Assembly: GCF_902652985.1 (NCBI RefSeq)
Contig: NC_047023.1
Coordinates: 15,996,001-16,060,000, forward strand
Source: Pecten maximus
Taxonomy: Eukaryota
Length of the DNA: 64,000 bases
Direction of reading: 5' to 3'
Both the position numbers and the translations under genes were made by a program. The notes under the pieces were generated by a model that worked only from the letters and a program-made list of their open reading frames with translations, did not search any database and was not told where the DNA came from. Of the stretch, positions 1 to 12,295 are shown piece after piece. Position 1 is the stretch's first letter. Each line of letters opens with the position of its first letter.

Positions 1-582
1 TATTCTTCTGTTTCTCCACCTTCTGTTGCCACGTCGGTACACGTCACTTCCGTATATATCACGATTCCATGCGTCATTACCCCAGCGATTGGATCCCCAT
101 TGACCCAAACCTGTATCCCAACTGTTACCAATTATACCGTCCAACAAAAAGGAATCCCGACTTCCTCCTGTAAAGGTTATTGTTTTATTAGATGTGATCA
201 TCAGCATTAACAGAAACTGTAATGTATCTAGATATATGTTAATATGTAGTAGACAGAAAATCAAATACAAAACACGAAATAAATTACAGAGAAATTGTTA
301 AAGTAGGTCTGTATGAATATAAAATACAACTTTTTTTTATTTTGTTTTATTGATCTATTTTTATTTTCTTTTATAATGTTTTGTGAAGAAATATGACAGA
401 TTACCATAACGACGAGATAAAATGAAAATGAAAAATACATTAACATGTTCTCGTGGAAATTATTAATAGTATTTAGGTGTGTATATATACATAATGAAAT
501 CGAAGGTAAAATGAGAATACTTACGATATGATTGGCACATGACACAGGCCATCAGACAGGAGAGTACGATCAGCTTCAGCAT
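1..582 (-). CDS. Secreted Trp/Arg/Asp-rich small protein, class A copy 1 (3' end runs off window); coding exons 582-525 and 167-<1
   Basis: ATG at 582 gives MLKLIVLSCLMACVMCQSY + 1 nt, then GTAAGT donor. Acceptor TTTACAG before 167; in frame RGSRDSFLLDGIIGNSWDTGLGQWGSNRWGNDAWNRDIYGSDVYRRGNRRWRNRRI... Non-coding exon 1 ends at 1023 (GTAAG); paralogous to 7248-7912. Confidence 0.88.
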
Positions 583-1103
583 CTTCACCTTTTTTCTGTA
601 AACAACATTTTGAAAATGTATTATTCTGTGTACTTAACAGAAAACCTACATCTGTGTTTGTAATATAATACTTTCTAATATAAAATGTTCACCTACTTAT
701 TTACAATGATAGCTTTGCCGAGTTTATTGTCACTAGCTGTCGTTCTTACACACAAGACTATGGAAGCCGTTGCTATAAACTGAGATTCTAAGGTAACTAG
801 CTATGATTGTTGTCTAAATAGACAATATTTAATATACTTTATCAATATGTATGGCAAGTAACTGCAAATTTGTAAGTAACTATTTCAAATTAAATATCAG
901 TAATTGTGTGTGCCATAAATGAATATGAAATATCATCAACTACTTCCTTAAAACAACCAAATCGGTTGACGATTCTATCATTACTTGCTGTCAAAAACGC
1001 ATAGAAAAATCATCAGCCTTACCTGTATTCACTAACGTACAGTAGCTTACACTTGTTCAATCTCTGTCAGAGCTTGTTGTGTTTGAAAAGGAATTATTTA
1101 CAC

Positions 1104-1241
1104 TTTTATATACATTCTGACGAGGAAATCGAACGTGTTTTTATTTCCTCATTTTCCTATGTTCGCATTTATTGCGATTACGAACATATATCTTACTCTA
1201 TTTATAGCAATCTGGGATTGCCATATATCTGCTATGACGTA
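1104..1241 (-). promoter_or_regulatory. Core promoter of class A copy 1: TATATAAAAG (1104-1112), ATTTCCTCGTCA (1118-1129), TGACGTA (1235-1241)
   Basis: TATA upstream of non-coding exon 1; motifs conserved in the paralog at 8410-8548. Confidence 0.65.
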
Positions 1242-2416
1242 CATGTTAGTGATATGGCGACCTTACCTGAGTTTTTGATGAGATGACATTGAGGTGACCA
1301 TATATCTACCTGATTTGCATAAACCCGACAGTCTGTTTGTATTCGTTAATTATGATTAGTCGACCTTTTTCTCCCCTGAAGGAGTTTAGATAGAAGATGG
1401 ATTGTTTTCTATTAGTAACAACTCTGGCCATCAGGTTTGATTATTATAAGCTGATAGCCTGTTCATAATAGTTAGAAAATTAATTAATTTATCATTTATC
1501 AATATATGATATAGCTTTGTGTTAACTTATTAAAATAATAACACAAATAGGTAAAATTGATGGTATGTTTGTGATATTCATTGTTTAAGAACCTTTTCTG
1601 CACTTTATATCTAATATAACAAACAAACGAACACTAGCAAAACAACAGTTAAATTATCCAACTATTATTTTTCTGAGATGGATATAATGTTTATTATAAA
1701 AATGAGTTTTATAATAGATGTCAACCACAATATTGCCGTTTAAAATGACGATATCTACAACGCGTACAATCAACATGCAATCGAGGCTTGATGCTATGTA
1801 AGATCAATTGTGAAATTATACGTAAATGTCGCCACGCTGTTGTCTAAAGAGTGTGAAATGTGTGTATTTACTATATAGCATAATAAATTTCAAAAGGTAT
1901 ATGTTTTTGTTGTAGGATATTCAATTGTTTCTTTTACTTGCTTTCCTTTTGATGTTCTACACTTGAAAACAAGATATCGCCATATTGTCAATTGGCTGTG
2001 TTCTGCTCTTACATGGTTGGTTGTGCTTGCCTACCATTATCAAAGTATTGTAATGTTTTATCGCGGACGTTCCGCAAAATAGCAACTTTTACTTTATTTT
2101 GATCCGAAACAAAAACATTGTCGGATTTCAATGCGATGAATAGAAAGTACTTTTTTGATTTGTAACAAGCTATCGACTTGATGATTTCTTGCAATTGAGC
2201 GGTAAATATGTAGCAAATTGACTTATCACCTACATAATAAGAAACAGATAAAACATACTTAGGTTTTAATACTTATAAACATGAGGCTGAATTCCTCAGA
2301 AACAGTTCCGACACCGTCATTCTTTCTTTGTTAAAGGACAACGTATAGGCTTCCTCATCAAATTATCCAGACAAAAAATTAGGTAAATGTAAAGAATCAA
2401 CTTGAAAAAAAACAAC

Positions 2417-5250
2417 ATGACGGTATTGTGAAGAGTGAAGGTTGACAAGTATAAAGTAGCGTGTAATAATAAACAAAGTTTAAATGAACATATTAGTTTG
2501 GCTTAAACAGGCCTACTGAATTCCACTTTCTTGTATGTCTAGCTTACCAATGCGGGTAACGTTAGGGGAGAGGGGATCAGTTGGGAGAGGAGAGGGAAAG
2601 AGACTACGAAGAGATGGCGGCCTACATTCCTTAAAAGACTAAGCGAGATATTTACACGACCAATAATATAAACTTCGTTTTTTAAAGTTACAAATGAATA
2701 ATGATTTATATATATTAACTTGCCTTTTTCTTTGATTCCAAATATCATATTAAAGGCAAGTTTGACTTTTGCTAACCTGAAGAAATTGTTGATATTATTG
2801 ATATTTACATTACAATTTTATTTATTGAATGTCAAGTCACATGCCTTAATGGCATAATTTATATGCAGGAAGAAACATAACAAAAAATATCAAGTTTTTC
2901 CTCATGGTATAAATCATTTTCTTCGAGCCAATAACGCTGTCGTAGTTTTGTTTTATATAGGTAAACAAACTGGTTTGAAGTAGCATGATCTTTTTTCTTA
3001 AATCGTGCATAATAAAAAAAGGACTGCAGATATGTATCTACAAAAATAGGGAATTTTATAATTTTGACAACCACTCTTTTCTGAAAACTGCATGGCATGG
3101 CATAATAAAGAAAGGTTAATATTTCAAACAGCGTATATTTTTGATTATGTTCAGATGTATATAATTGAATTTAAAGGATTTATGACGGTATTGTGTAGAG
3201 TAAGGTTCACAAGTATACAGAAGAGTGTAACAATAAACAAAAAGTTTCAATAAACAAATCAGTCTGGCTTAAACAGCCCTACTGAATTCCACTTCCTTCA
3301 TAAGACCACATTTATGTCCAGCTTACTAATGTTGGTAACGATATGGGGGAGGGGGGTAAGTTGTTCCTGGAATGCTGCTAATATTTCGCATCATTGTTAA
3401 TGTTATCCTCCATAATATACATGTATGCACCTTAACTTCGACACTTATTTGTCCTTGTCTTTATTTCTCTATTTACAGTGTTATACGTGCTCAATAAACA
3501 TTTCAAATGAAAGTGCACATTGTCCTCTGTATAACGACGGCCCTATCAGGTCACTCGCATATTTTGTTAGGTCACGTGACTGCATGGTGAATGTGGTGAC
3601 ATTAACACCGTTATCGATTTTTGCTAAGTGCAACCTCTAAATCACCTTTTTAACAAGGTATCTTAAATCAATGGAAAGAATATATCAATATACATCTGAA
3701 AAGTAATATGCATCTGATTGATGTTAACGATTCCCTTAAAGACTATTGATTTATTGTCGGGGAGAGGCCCGTTTTGGCTTGAAAATCGAATTTTGCCCTA
3801 TTCTTTACGGAAATCATTCAGATGCACAACAAAATCTACTCTATCCGAAAAGTATCATTTCATATTTTTTAAAGTTTGATGCAAAGTTGCACATTTGAAC
3901 ATTTTCATTGATTTAAGTGTAGAAAGGCGGCATAGAAACAAACAAACATCACTAAAAGAACGCAACGAATAGTATTTAATTAAATGGATTATTTGAAGAC
4001 AATTTTAAAAGACATACTGTATTAGATGCAGCGTTGTAAGTTATACGTACAAGTTTGTACGTTTAAAACCACGGCCTTCATCGTTGCCATGACAGTCGAT
4101 CCCGTCTTCGATCAGGAATGCGGTGACAAAATGAAAGTATAATTCTTACGCTAACTAGCCTTTTCTCGTTAAACTATATCCATAGCTAGTATAATTTCAT
4201 GTTTCTGTATTACATCTAATCAATTAAAACATCGCAAAACTGACATAAGCACTGCAAAATCCAAAATGAAGCCTTCGTGTCAGGCGGTACAAAGACAACG
4301 TGGAACCTGTAAACAATGTGACGTCATCGGAATGTTGAAGTTTCAACAAAGTACAAAAATACTAATTTTACATGAATACACTAATGAGCAACATAATAGG
4401 GTACAACATGATCAGTGATGCGTATATTTTTGCAATTGGGAGGATAGCATTTTGATTATAAAAATGTAGATGAAATATTTTTCGTTTGAAATTTCTACTT
4501 AAAAATATCTAATGATGTATGTCGCCGATGCGCTGTTTAGTTATGTCAACGTTTTACATGTCTCCTGAGAGGTTTTTTTTTTTTACAATAACAGCAAACC
4601 TTGAAGGATGCAGGCAACTGAGCATGATTCTGCCTTGCAAGGTCCTAGCTAATGACATCACAAGCTTCATCTCCAAGGAGGTTGTGCGAATTCAAATTCT
4701 ACAAGCCATCGGGTTTTAAAAAGACCCTGTTACCGTTTTAGAACAACCTAAATTGAGAATACATAGCCACGTGAAAAGATCTTCAGGGTTTCGCAAGCTA
4801 GACATGCAGAACATAGTACCAGCGGGAGAGAAAAAGACTACGAAGAGGTGGCAGACTGCATTCTTTGATAGACTAAATTAGTTTAATCTTTACACGACCA
4901 AAAATATAAATGCTTAAACTTTTTGTTAATATTAGTGATACTTACATCACAGTTCTATTTATTGAATGTCAAGTCGCATGCCTTACTGACCAAATCTATA
5001 TGCAGGAAGGATCATAACAAAATATATCAAGTTTTCTCTTCATGGCATATTTTATTTTATTCGGGCCAATAACGCCGCCGTAGATTTTCGTAAAGGTAAC
5101 TAGCTGAAAAACTCGTTTGAAGTAACAATATTTTTTCTTGAATCGTGCATAATGAATAACAATGCAGATATTAATCTTCATAAGCAGAAAATGTATGTTA
5201 TTGACAAACAATCTTTTCTGAAAACTGCAAGTCATGGCATAATAAAGAAT
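2417..5250. repeat. Locally duplicated repeat/TE fragments (2417-2580 ~ 3181-3360; 2595-3110 ~ 4830-5250)
   Basis: Visible direct similarity; ORFs 2859..3098 and 4996..5235 are homologous non-coding translations. Confidence 0.6.
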
Positions 5251-5389
5251 GGCAATTCTTTGTCGTTTTTTTTTTTATTATTTTTTATATTATTGATATC
5301 TTTTGATCTAAATAGGAACAATCCTTTTAATCTTTCACTCGTTAGACCATGAAATTCTGCACCCTTAGCAAGATTTTCACACAGATTTT

Positions 5390-5700
5390 ATTTTGATGTT
5401 GCCAAAACAACATTGTATTAATATGTCACCAAAACAATATTGTAGATATGTGTCGCCAAAGCAACATTATATTCATACCTGGCTGGTGCAACATTATATT
5501 TTTTGTTGCCTAAACAACATTGTATCAATATGTCGCAAAACACAATTTTATTTATATGTCGCCAAAGCAAAACCATGCTTTTATGATGCCAAAGCAACGT
5601 TATAATTTCTTATGTTGTTCAAAGCAACATTTCATCTATTTGTCGACAAAACAATATTATGGACTATATATCGACAAAGCAACATTATATCTATATGTCT
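5390..5700. repeat. Degenerate ~29-30 bp minisatellite (TGTCGCCAAAGCAACATTATATTTATA-like)
   Basis: About 10 recurrences of a CCAAA(A/G)CAACATT-like core. Confidence 0.75.
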
Positions 5701-6164
5701 CCTTAATTGTATTACATACCTTCACACAGTATATTTACATAGTACCGTTCAATGTTTAATGTATTTCAAAACGTTTATAACCTGTGCGAAATTTTACCTT
5801 CTAGTGGTTTGCACTTAAATCATATAGAATGGAACATATCAACGTTTATTTCGGATTAAAATCAATGGTTCTCGAATGAATGAGTTGATGTTTCAGTTGG
5901 CAAAGGGTGACTGAAAGCCATGGCTTTGTTCTCATTCTATGCGAAAATTAGCGATACATACTACAAAATAAAAATTAATTGAAAATGCTTTTCAACAATG
6001 TTGATGATGCTGCAATAACCATAAAAAATAGGATGATGACACTATAATCTATACAGTCGTTTCTTCTGTAGTATGATGTCAACTCTTTTCAAGATAAGGT
6101 TTACAGCTGAATGTATCACTACGCCTAATTCAATTTACCATTTATCGCTGATCCATTTTTACAT

Positions 6165-6545
6165 TTTTTACTTAATTCATATTACAATAGGTATGCATTA
6201 AATTTATTACTATTTTTATATTACATAACTTGTATATTACATATATTGTTATATTCCTATAACATTATGTATATGTTACATCTATTGCTGAATCAATATT
6301 ACCTTAGGTATGTATTACATTTATTTGGTTATTATAATATCATTTGGTATGCATACTATCTATTTATTTATTCATATTACATTAGTTATATACTACATAT
6401 ATTACAAAATTATTCATATTACCTTAGGTAAGTCATCTATTGTTAAATGCATAACATTTGGTAGTTATTACATCTATTACTATTTTCTCATTACATTAGT
6501 CATATACTACATGTATTACTTCATTCATATGACATAAGTACATGC
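6165..6545. repeat. Degenerate AT-rich ~40 bp minisatellite (ATTCATATTACATTAGGTA...)
   Basis: Recurring CATATTAC(A/C)TTAGGTA / TATTACAT units. Confidence 0.65.
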
Positions 6546-7247
6546 TATTGACGAGTGGGACTTTTTGCATAGGAAGACAGATATAACACAGTCGTTATCA
6601 TATACCGATTTAGGTGATTGTTGTCACATGTGGTGCGTACCCGTTGTGGGAGTCTACATCTTCCCTTTCGATTTTTGTTCCTGAATCTGTTACTTTCAGA
6701 ATTTCAACATTAGTTGAGCTGAGTTTAAAAAAAAAAAAAATACCAGTGTTATAGATAGCCCAAAAATACGAACAATAAAACATAAATACAAATATATGAA
6801 TTTATTAACAAATTATTTGTGAATGTGAATTTACAAATGAATGTATTGTTGGAAGATGACAATGGATTTTCCGGTTTGAGTCTTTGGTCACATGGATCTG
6901 GAAAAGAACAAAAATAAAATTGAATAAATATTCAGCATCCTATATAGACAATTCCATCATACCAGTCTCCATTACCGTTTTATGACAAAATAGACAACAC
7001 CCTATACATAACGGTATATTTCAGCAACGTGACAATCTGCAGCAACGATTGTTTTAATTGTATATCAAAACTTTGCTAACATTATTTGATAATGTTTTGA
7101 TATATTGTTAACACGCCATCAGTTTGTGTCTCCCTATTTAGTTTTTTTTCAATGTTCATCTGATAATATTTAGCGAAACATATCATACGATACAATTTTT
7201 TTACTATTCTTAATAAATACCTTTTTCATCACTTCATGGTCTCTAAA

Positions 7248-7703
7248 TCAATATCTGTCGATTCTCCTGTTTCTCCACCTTCTGTCTCCACGTCGGTACA
7301 CGTCACTTCCGTATATATCACGATTCCATGCGTCATTTCCCCAGCGATTGGATCCCCATTGACCCAAACCAGTATCCCAACTGTTACCAAGGATACCGTC
7401 CAACAAAAAGGAATCCCGACTTCCTCCTGTAAAGGTTATTGTTTTATTAGATGTGATTATCAGCATTAACATATATGGTGCTGTATCTAGATATACTCTG
7501 ATACAGTTGGCAGAAGATTAAGTTCAAGCACGAAACCTTTTACAGAGACATTTTAAGTAGGTCTGTTTGAATATCAACACTACTCGAGATTACATTTCGC
7601 CATTTATTTTGAAATCATATTTATTACAGAGAAACTGTTTAAAGTAGGCCTGTATGTATTTAAATAGCACTTGAGATAACATGTCTCCATAGATTTTGAA
7701 ATT

Positions 7704-7741
<38 letters not shown>

Positions 7742-7912
7742 GAAATACAACAGATTAGCAATAAGACGAGATTAAATTTTTTTTTTGTTAAAATTATTAA
7801 TAGTGTATATGTATATATATATACTGATATCGAAGAATAATTGAGAATACTTACGATACGATTGGCACACGACACAGGCCATCAGACTGGAGAGTACGAT
7901 CAGCTTCAGCAT
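7248..7912 (-). CDS. Secreted Trp/Arg/Asp-rich small protein, class A copy 2, 78 aa; coding exons 7912-7855 and 7426-7248
   Basis: MLKLIVLSSLMACVVCQSY|RGSRDSFLLDGILGNSWDTGLGQWGSNRWGNDAWNRDIYGSDVYRRGDRRWRNRRIDRY*. GT-AG phase-1 intron; exon 1 donor after 8334; 3'UTR intron 7220-6898; AATAAA at 6806-6801. Confidence 0.92.
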
Positions 7913-8409
7913 CTTCAGTTTAGTATTTCTGTAAACGACATTTTGTAACTGTATGGTTCTGTGTACTTTACAGAAAACCTACAATTGTGATTGTGATGGA
8001 ATAGTTTCGCATATAAATTTTAAGATTATCACAGTCTTATTTACAATAATAGCTTTGCCGAATCTAGCTGTCATTCTTACACACATACAAAGTAATCGAA
8101 GGCCTTTGTGGGAGACTTTGATATTTTATTACACTATATAGAAGTCACTGTTATCATATAAGGTTATATTTTAACTAGCTTGCATTGCTATTCATATAGA
8201 CAATCTTCAATAGACTTTAATATGTATGATTGGTTACTATTGTTTGATATAAATGAGTATAAGATATCATCGGCAACTTTCTTACATCCACCATAGACGT
8301 GGCTGATTTTACACAAATCATCATCAGACTTACCTGTATTCACCAATGTAGCTTACACTTGTTCAGTCTCTGTCGGGGCTGGTTGTGTTGAAGAAAGAAT
8401 TATCAACAC

Positions 8410-8548
8410 TTTTATATACAATCTGACGAGGAAATCGTTTGTTATTATATTTCCTCATTTCCTATATTCGCATTTGAATTACGATGACAACCAGAACAAT
8501 GCACACTATTTATAGCAATCTGGAATTCCGTATTTCTCACATGACGTA
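8410..8548 (-). promoter_or_regulatory. Core promoter of class A copy 2 (TATA 8410-8418; ATTTCCTCGTCA 8424-8435; TGACGTA 8542-8548)
   Basis: Position relative to exon 1 and conservation with copy 1. Confidence 0.65.
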
Positions 8549-10253
8549 CATGTCGGTGAAATGACGACCTTAAGTGAGTAGGAGGTTTTTTATGAGATGG
8601 AATCGAGTTGATCATATATCAACCTGATTTGCATAAAAACGCTATACTTTAATTGTTGATGATAATAAATCGACCTATTCTCCCTTGATTAACTGTTTTA
8701 CCTTTTGTCGTTAGGTTTTATACAGTATACAAGATGTGAATGATCATTTTATTTGTATTAATCGCAACTATGGTCATTACGAGCAATTTACACAAGTTCC
8801 TAACTTAATACTGAATTTTTGTAAAAGAAGTTGATATATTCCTTTAATGTATATACTTGATATGTGGGGCGGGAGGTGTGCAAGTGTGAAAGCAAGGGAA
8901 AGAAGATACAATATTTAGGATAATGATGGTATTCCGACATCATGTGAAAATAACATCACGTCATTATCTCAGTAATAAAAATTATTATTTTATTTTCATA
9001 TAAATGTAGATAAGAATGTTTATTAAACGCAGAGCATATATGTACGCTTGTGTAAGGTTCTTTTTTGGGAAAATTTAATTTCTAATGATATAGAGAAGGT
9101 GGTATACTTTAATATCCATATTTATTCAGAAGAGGCAGATAAGATTAACGTATATTCTTAATCAACATTGTTTCATTTGTTCTATGTGACTATATATTCA
9201 GATTCCACATGTAAAGGCAGTATATCATAAAGAAAAATATTATCAAATAGATATATAATACATACATTGTATGTTATTACCATATAGACATATGATGACG
9301 TCTATAATTTAGGCCTCAGATTATGATCGTCACACTGCCCCGGGCTAAACGTCTTTCTGTATCAATCATCATTAATTTGTAATACCTTTCATAATGTACG
9401 TGTGTGAACATACACAATGTATGTTCATTAATACTCCCAAAGATAAAAATATCTCACTACTTTAAGAAAAAAAAAGTAAAATATTTCAGATGGAAAATAC
9501 AGGAAGACAAATATCTATGAATAGTTGCATGTCGTTGTTACGTTTAGTCAATAGGCAGGTTGAGGTACAGGAAATTATACTGCCCGATGTCATCGGTTAG
9601 TTTCAACAAATCGCGCAATCAATGTAAAAAATTAACACACTTAAAGACAAAATCGATTACTTCAAAGAATTTACTAGAGTTTCACCAGATGTATATTGGT
9701 GGTAGCCCTTGATTAAGTAGAATGCACTTTTTCCTCCTGAAAACTTTCCCTTGTGATATCCTAAGTGTCCCCCTGTTATTTGTTATTTGAATTTATCTCG
9801 GTATTATTTTCTTTTATGCCTTATGCCATTCATTGTTTAGCGAATGTCGGTTTTGAGTTTGTTCTATTTTGACAACACAAAACAGCAGAAATGTTTTGTA
9901 ACCGAAAGTGATATATAAATCATAACCGTTTCGTGCGATGAAACATTTAGTCGTAAATTATAACCTAATGATAGAATAGTAAGAAAACACTAATTATTAT
10001 ATCCAGTGACTATTATAGCAAACAATGAATTTACACACAATTGACCACAGAGCAGGGTTTCCTGTAGAGTCGTTAAACTAATGGATCATATGTATCGCCA
10101 CACCACCGACATCAAGTATCCCTAGGCCATCCTATCATCGGGCCGTTCCCGTTATTGGTCAAACCTCTATCACCTATACAGAGAATACGCAGATAACCAC
10201 AATTCAGGGGTCAAATAATAATTAAAGGAAGATTAATGAGAAAGGTTACGATG

Positions 10254-10280
10254 ATTTCCTGGTCACATTGTATATAAAAG
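10254..10280 (+). promoter_or_regulatory. Core promoter of class A copy 3 (ATTTCCTGGTCA + TATATAAAAG)
   Basis: TATA 10271-10280; exon 1 donor AG|GTAAGT at 10348/10349. Confidence 0.65.
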
Positions 10281-10637
10281 GATCAATGTTTTGTTGTCCA
10301 ACACAACCTGCCCTGACAGTATCAGAACAAGTAAACACTATAGATAAGGTAAGTCTAGGAATGTCTGTATGCTCAAAGCTTATTTATATCATTACGTGTA
10401 GTTAGTAAAAAAGGAGACAATAAGATTTGGTGCTCAAAAATGAAGAAATCTTTAAGATATTTCAATTTTTAACATTTCAAGATCTGGTCATATATTTGGG
10501 TATATTAAGCATACAAAAAAAACATTCATTTATCAGAATACTACTTTGTATATAATTACCATGTATTCCCATGCTATGTAAATCGTATCAATCAATTTCA
10601 ACTTGACATTTACAGAATTTAAAATACCAACCTAAAG

Positions 10638-12295
10638 ATGCTGAAGCTGATCGTCCTGTCCTGCCTGGTGGCCTGCGTAGTGTGTCAATCTTACCGTACG
10701 TTATATATCTTATTCTCTTGTTGCATTATACACAACTCCTACTTATTACACCTATCACAGGCAGTAAGGTTTTCAGTTTTTATTCCCTTTATCTACCATA
10801 AAATAACACAGTCAACATCACTTTATTTCAGTTAATTCATATTAAAACTTAATTATGTATGGTGTTTGTTTTGAAAGAAATAGTAAATTAACGAGACAAA
10901 ACATTACAAATACAAATAGGTGATGCATTTACTTCGGTAATCATAGTAACATTGACTCAATTTAATAGTTTACACTTATTTAACAATATACTGTATGCTG
11001 GCCCATCATATATGAAAGCAGAGAATATTAACCTGTAAACAAGATCCTGGTTCTAACTCAAAACTTAAAATATGAACAAATACAGATTTTCTTTGAAAAA
11101 TACCAAGGAAATCTAGATCAGGTGTTTAAGAAGTATAAGCTCTTCTCCTTCATCGGCGACACACACCATGGAAATCTAGGTCCAATATCGGTAAAGTCGT
11201 GTTCACAAAATGAGAACCACTTAGTGGCATCTGAACTTCGTATCGGAATATAATTATAAGTGGCAAAGGACTGTGAAAGTGTGTTACCTGTTCGAGGTAG
11301 AAATGAGTAAACTCAGCCAAGGACTGGTACTATCAAACAAAACATAATTTGAGGCAAAGTCGAGTCCGTTAGAGATTCTAAACACACACCGATGTGAAAT
11401 GTAGATAAGTGTATCAAAAATTATATAAACGAACTACATGAAGTTTGAACTGAATTATTACCGCCACCTCTCTCAGTTACACGTCAAATCATCCATATAA
11501 AGAAATGACGTCAATTCTATTTGCGCCGAAGGTATTTGGCAGATAGGTAGCGTATGAGTTTTCCCTGTCTAATTTACGATAGGGACTGCTGCACAAAAGA
11601 CACGTCAGTACATGATATCTTTGATCATATTTTTTGTAAAAAAACAACAACGTATATATCGAAAATACTAATAAAACTGCATCATACAGCTGTTTCGTCC
11701 TTCTAGAAATCGTTAGTAATGCTATGTGCATAAAAATAGAGGATGGGTTTAACGGGAAGCCGGGAAAATAAATCAAACATAGCATGGACATATGTTCAAA
11801 TATAGAAGCGAAGGTGCATTAATCTTATTTTGATAACATAAGCTTGTTATAATTCGTTATTTATTTTATGAGGAACACAAACAGCCCTAGGGCTTACATT
11901 AGCTTAATTATGTCCATTCTTTATATTGAATAATTTTAATATACATTTAATACCTAGGTATAATATGGGGCGGTGTCATCTAATTATTTTTTAATTATTT
12001 TGATTTAAATCATTCTTTCTAATTATATGGATGATTATAAACAATACATTATCAGTGTTTGTAAAAAAAAAAAAAAAAAAAAGTAAAAATAGTTATCACC
12101 ATTACAGGACCAATCGGAGGAAGACGTGACTCCTTCCTGTTAGACGGTATCATTGGTAACAGTTGGGATACTGGATTGGATCGTTGGGGATCCGATCGCT
12201 GGGGTAATGACGCATGGAATCGTGATATATACGGAAGTGACGTGTACCGACATGGAGACAGAAGGTGGAGAAACAGGAGAATAGACAGATATTGA
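10638..12295 (+). CDS. Secreted Trp/Arg/Asp-rich small protein, class A copy 3, 81 aa; coding exons 10638-10695 and 12108-12295
   Basis: MLKLIVLSCLVACVVCQSY|RPIGGRRDSFLLDGIIGNSWDTGLDRWGSDRWGNDAWNRDIYGSDVYRHGDRRWRNRRIDRY*. Donor GTACGT, acceptor ATTACAG; 3'UTR intron 12322-12819; AATAAA 12913-12918. Confidence 0.92.

Noticed and set aside
7427-7472. ORF-track N-termini for mature exons (also 15330-15351, 41504-41555, 47016-47037, 52030-52066)
   Set aside because: These are intronic acceptor regions; the true starts are in upstream signal exons.
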